From Octopus vulgaris (lineage: Eukaryota): 64,000 bases of DNA. Below, piece after piece: positions 60,944-64,000 of the stretch. The stretch lies in contig OX597822.1 of the NCBI GenBank assembly GCA_951406725.2, positions 54,250,001 to 54,314,000 of the forward strand, given 5' to 3'. Position numbers and translations under genes: made by a program. The first letter of the stretch is position 1. The number at the start of each line of letters is the position of its first letter. The notes below the pieces were generated by a model. That model was not told the origin of the DNA, made no database searches, and was given only the letters and a program-made list of their open reading frames with translations.

Positions 60944-61243
60944 TTAGATATGTAGTCTTCGAATCAGTTTTCTTCTTTCTGGTTTTGAGAAGCCTAATTT
61001 CTTAAGATTGGTATTTAGGCAGTGTGTTACATATCCCAGTGCCCCAATCATTACAGGTATAAATCTGAAATTGTAATCTGGATAGAGTAACTGCAGATTT
61101 CTCAATAGATCAGCGTAGGTATTCTCTTTTTCACTGATCTTTAGCTTTATGTTAACATCTACTGGGCAGCTTATTTCCACAACTATACACAGTTTCTCTT
61201 CTCTGTCCCAAATCATTATATTAGGTCTATTGTGTTTACATTT
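60944..61243 (-). mobile_element. R2/R4-group restriction-like endonuclease fragment
   Basis: KHNRPNIMIWD..VVEISCP..K..EKENTY..L..PVMIGALG (PD-(D/E)xK; catalytic D mutated to N). Confidence 0.88.
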
Positions 61244-61308
61244 TATGTATACATGTATGCATGTATATATATTCCAATTAGAATTCCAATTTTAGAATAT
61301 GTACCGCC

Positions 61309-61670
61309 CAAAATAAGCAACAAGGAAATCCAGAGGTAATGCAGTACGATCGTTTCATGCGACTCCATTTAATTGAACAATGCAATCATTTCACAACATC
61401 AATTTAAAATGTGGAGCAATCTTCAGCTGCAAAACGACATAGAATTTAATTAAATTAGAAGGACACATTAGTATAATTTTACCTAAACTCTCCAAGAGTA
61501 TAAGGAGATAGACAAAAAACATGTTTTACTAACAACATCATAGTTAAATTCTATGTCTTTGTGTAGCTGAAGATTGCTCTACATTTGAAATGATTGCATT
61601 GTTCAATTAAATGGAGTCGCTTGAAACGATCGTACTGCATTACCTCTGGATATCCTTGTTGATTATTTTG
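61309..61670. repeat. Inverted repeat (~130-140-bp arms, ~95-bp spacer), each arm carrying a hammerhead-like motif
   Basis: 61309-61449 is the reverse complement of 61544-61670; both arms read TG(C/T)AG CTGAAGA ... GAAAC GATC GTA CTGCA. Confidence 0.9.
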
Positions 61671-61739
61671 ATTTGAATCACCTTATTTTGAAATTGTACT
61701 AAATTCTGGTGCCTCAACTTAAGTACCATATTCATCTGA

Positions 61740-62463
<724 letters not shown>

Positions 62464-62887
62464 ATATATAAACAGCTAGCGGTAGTCATACTTATTGACG
62501 ATTGAATTTTTTCCTTTTATGATATCACATTGCGCCCAGCTGTTTTTCGTTTTTCTTGTTTCAGCTCAGAGCTGCGGCCATGCTGATGCACCGCCGTTGT
62601 TATATTAATTTTTTATACACTCATTAGCATTCCTCTAAATTATCCATAAATTTACATATATGCTGACAGGCGGAATTAGCCGAAAATGTGCCGTTCGAGC
62701 GATCCCACCGAAGATGTCTACGGAATAGACGAGACTAGACGTCCAGTCTGAGGATTTTCGGGTCGGCATGAGGCAGTTGCCTCCCGTCATCATGTATGCA
62801 TGTGGACTTTTCCTACAGTATTAAGAGTATTTCAACTCTTATATGTAGCAATGTAGGTGCGTCTGCCCTATTAGTCACACTTAGTGA

Positions 62888-63280
62888 TTGTGGTAAGTAG
62901 CTTGCTTATGAACCACATGATTCCGGGTTCAGTCCCACTGCGTGGCACTTTGGGCATGTGTCTTCTGCTATAGCCTCGGGCCGACCAAAGCCTTGTGAGT
63001 GGATTTGGTACACGGAAACTGAAAGAAGCCCGTCGCATATATGTATATATATACATGTATGTGTGTGTATATGTTTGTGTCTGTGTTTGTCCCCCCCCCC
63101 CCAACATCGCTTGACAACCGATGCTGGTGTGTTTACGTGCCCGTAACTTAGCGGTTCGGCAAAAGAGACCGATAGAATAAGTACTAGGCTTACAAAAAAT
63201 AAGTCCCGGGGTCGATTTACTCGACTAAAGGCAGTGCTCCAGCATGGCCACAGTCAAATGGCTGAAACAAGTAAGAGAAA
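62888..63280 (+). mobile_element. SINE family A, near full length
   Basis: Similarity to family A; CpGs largely retained. Confidence 0.92.
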
Positions 63281-63407
63281 AGATATATATATATATATAT
63301 ATATATAGAAAATACATGAAGAGAAAGTTGTCTCACTTTGTTGTCCATTGTGTAATGCCGAAGCTATGCGTAGAAGTACTATTAAAATCGTTCATCTCTC
63401 TCTCTCT

Positions 63408-63813
63408 CTTTTACTCTTTTACTTGTTTCAGTCATTTGACTGCGGCCATGCTGGAGCACCGCCTTTAGTCGAGCAAATCGACCCCGGGACTTATTCTTTG
63501 TAAGCCTAGTACTTATTCTATCGGTCTCTTTTGCCGAACCGCTAAGTGACGGGGACGTAAACACACCAGCATCGGTTGTCAAGCAATGCTAGGGGGACAA
63601 ACACAGACACACAAACATACACGCAAATACATATATATATATACATATATACGACAGGCTTCTTTGAGTTTCCGTCTACCAAATCCACTCACAAGGCATT
63701 GGTCGGCCCGAGGCTATAGCAGAAGACACTCGCCCAAGGTGACACGCAGTGGGACTGAACCCGGAACTATGTGGTTGGTAAGCAAGCACTTTCTACACAG
63801 CCACTCCTGCGCC
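63408..63813 (-). mobile_element. SINE family A, full length
   Basis: Reverse complement of 62888-63280. Confidence 0.92.
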
Positions 63814-64000
63814 TATCTACTAAAGTATTGTTAAGAGAGGTTAGCATTGGAAATTAATTCAGTGAGATTTTAGTGTACATGCAAAAAAATTATCCCAACC
63901 TTTCTCTTCTGCACTTTGTTAAATGAATAATTTTTAAAAGAACGAAAATTTCAAGGCCATACCAGCAAATTCACCACTGATAATTATTTTTTTGCAAATT

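Overview
AT-rich, microsatellite- and SINE-dense eukaryotic DNA. The repeat families and style point to an octopus (coleoid cephalopod) genome; this is an inference from the sequence. The first ~42 kb hold the 3' part of one + strand multi-exon gene. I assembled it by hand from 16 well-supported, phase-compatible GT-AG exons plus 1 tentative exon (2058-39778, ~768 aa). It is a KIAA0825/C5orf36 (DUF4495) homologue whose 5' end lies upstream of the window, and it is followed by a ~2.7 kb transposon-free probable 3' UTR. Nearly all ORFs in the supplied track are artefacts of microsatellites or SINEs, or are decayed transposon fragments. These include CR1-like, RTE, R4/Dong-type RLE, Penelope GIY-YIG, mariner, DD37D Tc1/maT and Chapaev3 fragments, plus hAT and piggyBac MITEs. 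At ~45.6 kb the DNA switches from CpG-poor (gene body) to CpG-retaining (intergenic). The most unusual signal is a set of minimal type-I hammerhead-ribozyme-like motifs with palindromic stem III. One has an intact core (1049-1150), one trails a Penelope GIY-YIG fragment, and several sit in inverted or fold-back pairs (19605-19706, 52670-52870, 61309-61670). Other points of note are inverted SINE pairs around exons (circRNA/ADAR candidates), unusually long target-site duplications, a LINE-SINE shared 3' hairpin and a weak candidate antisense nested gene. No prokaryotic-type system (CRISPR etc.) is present.
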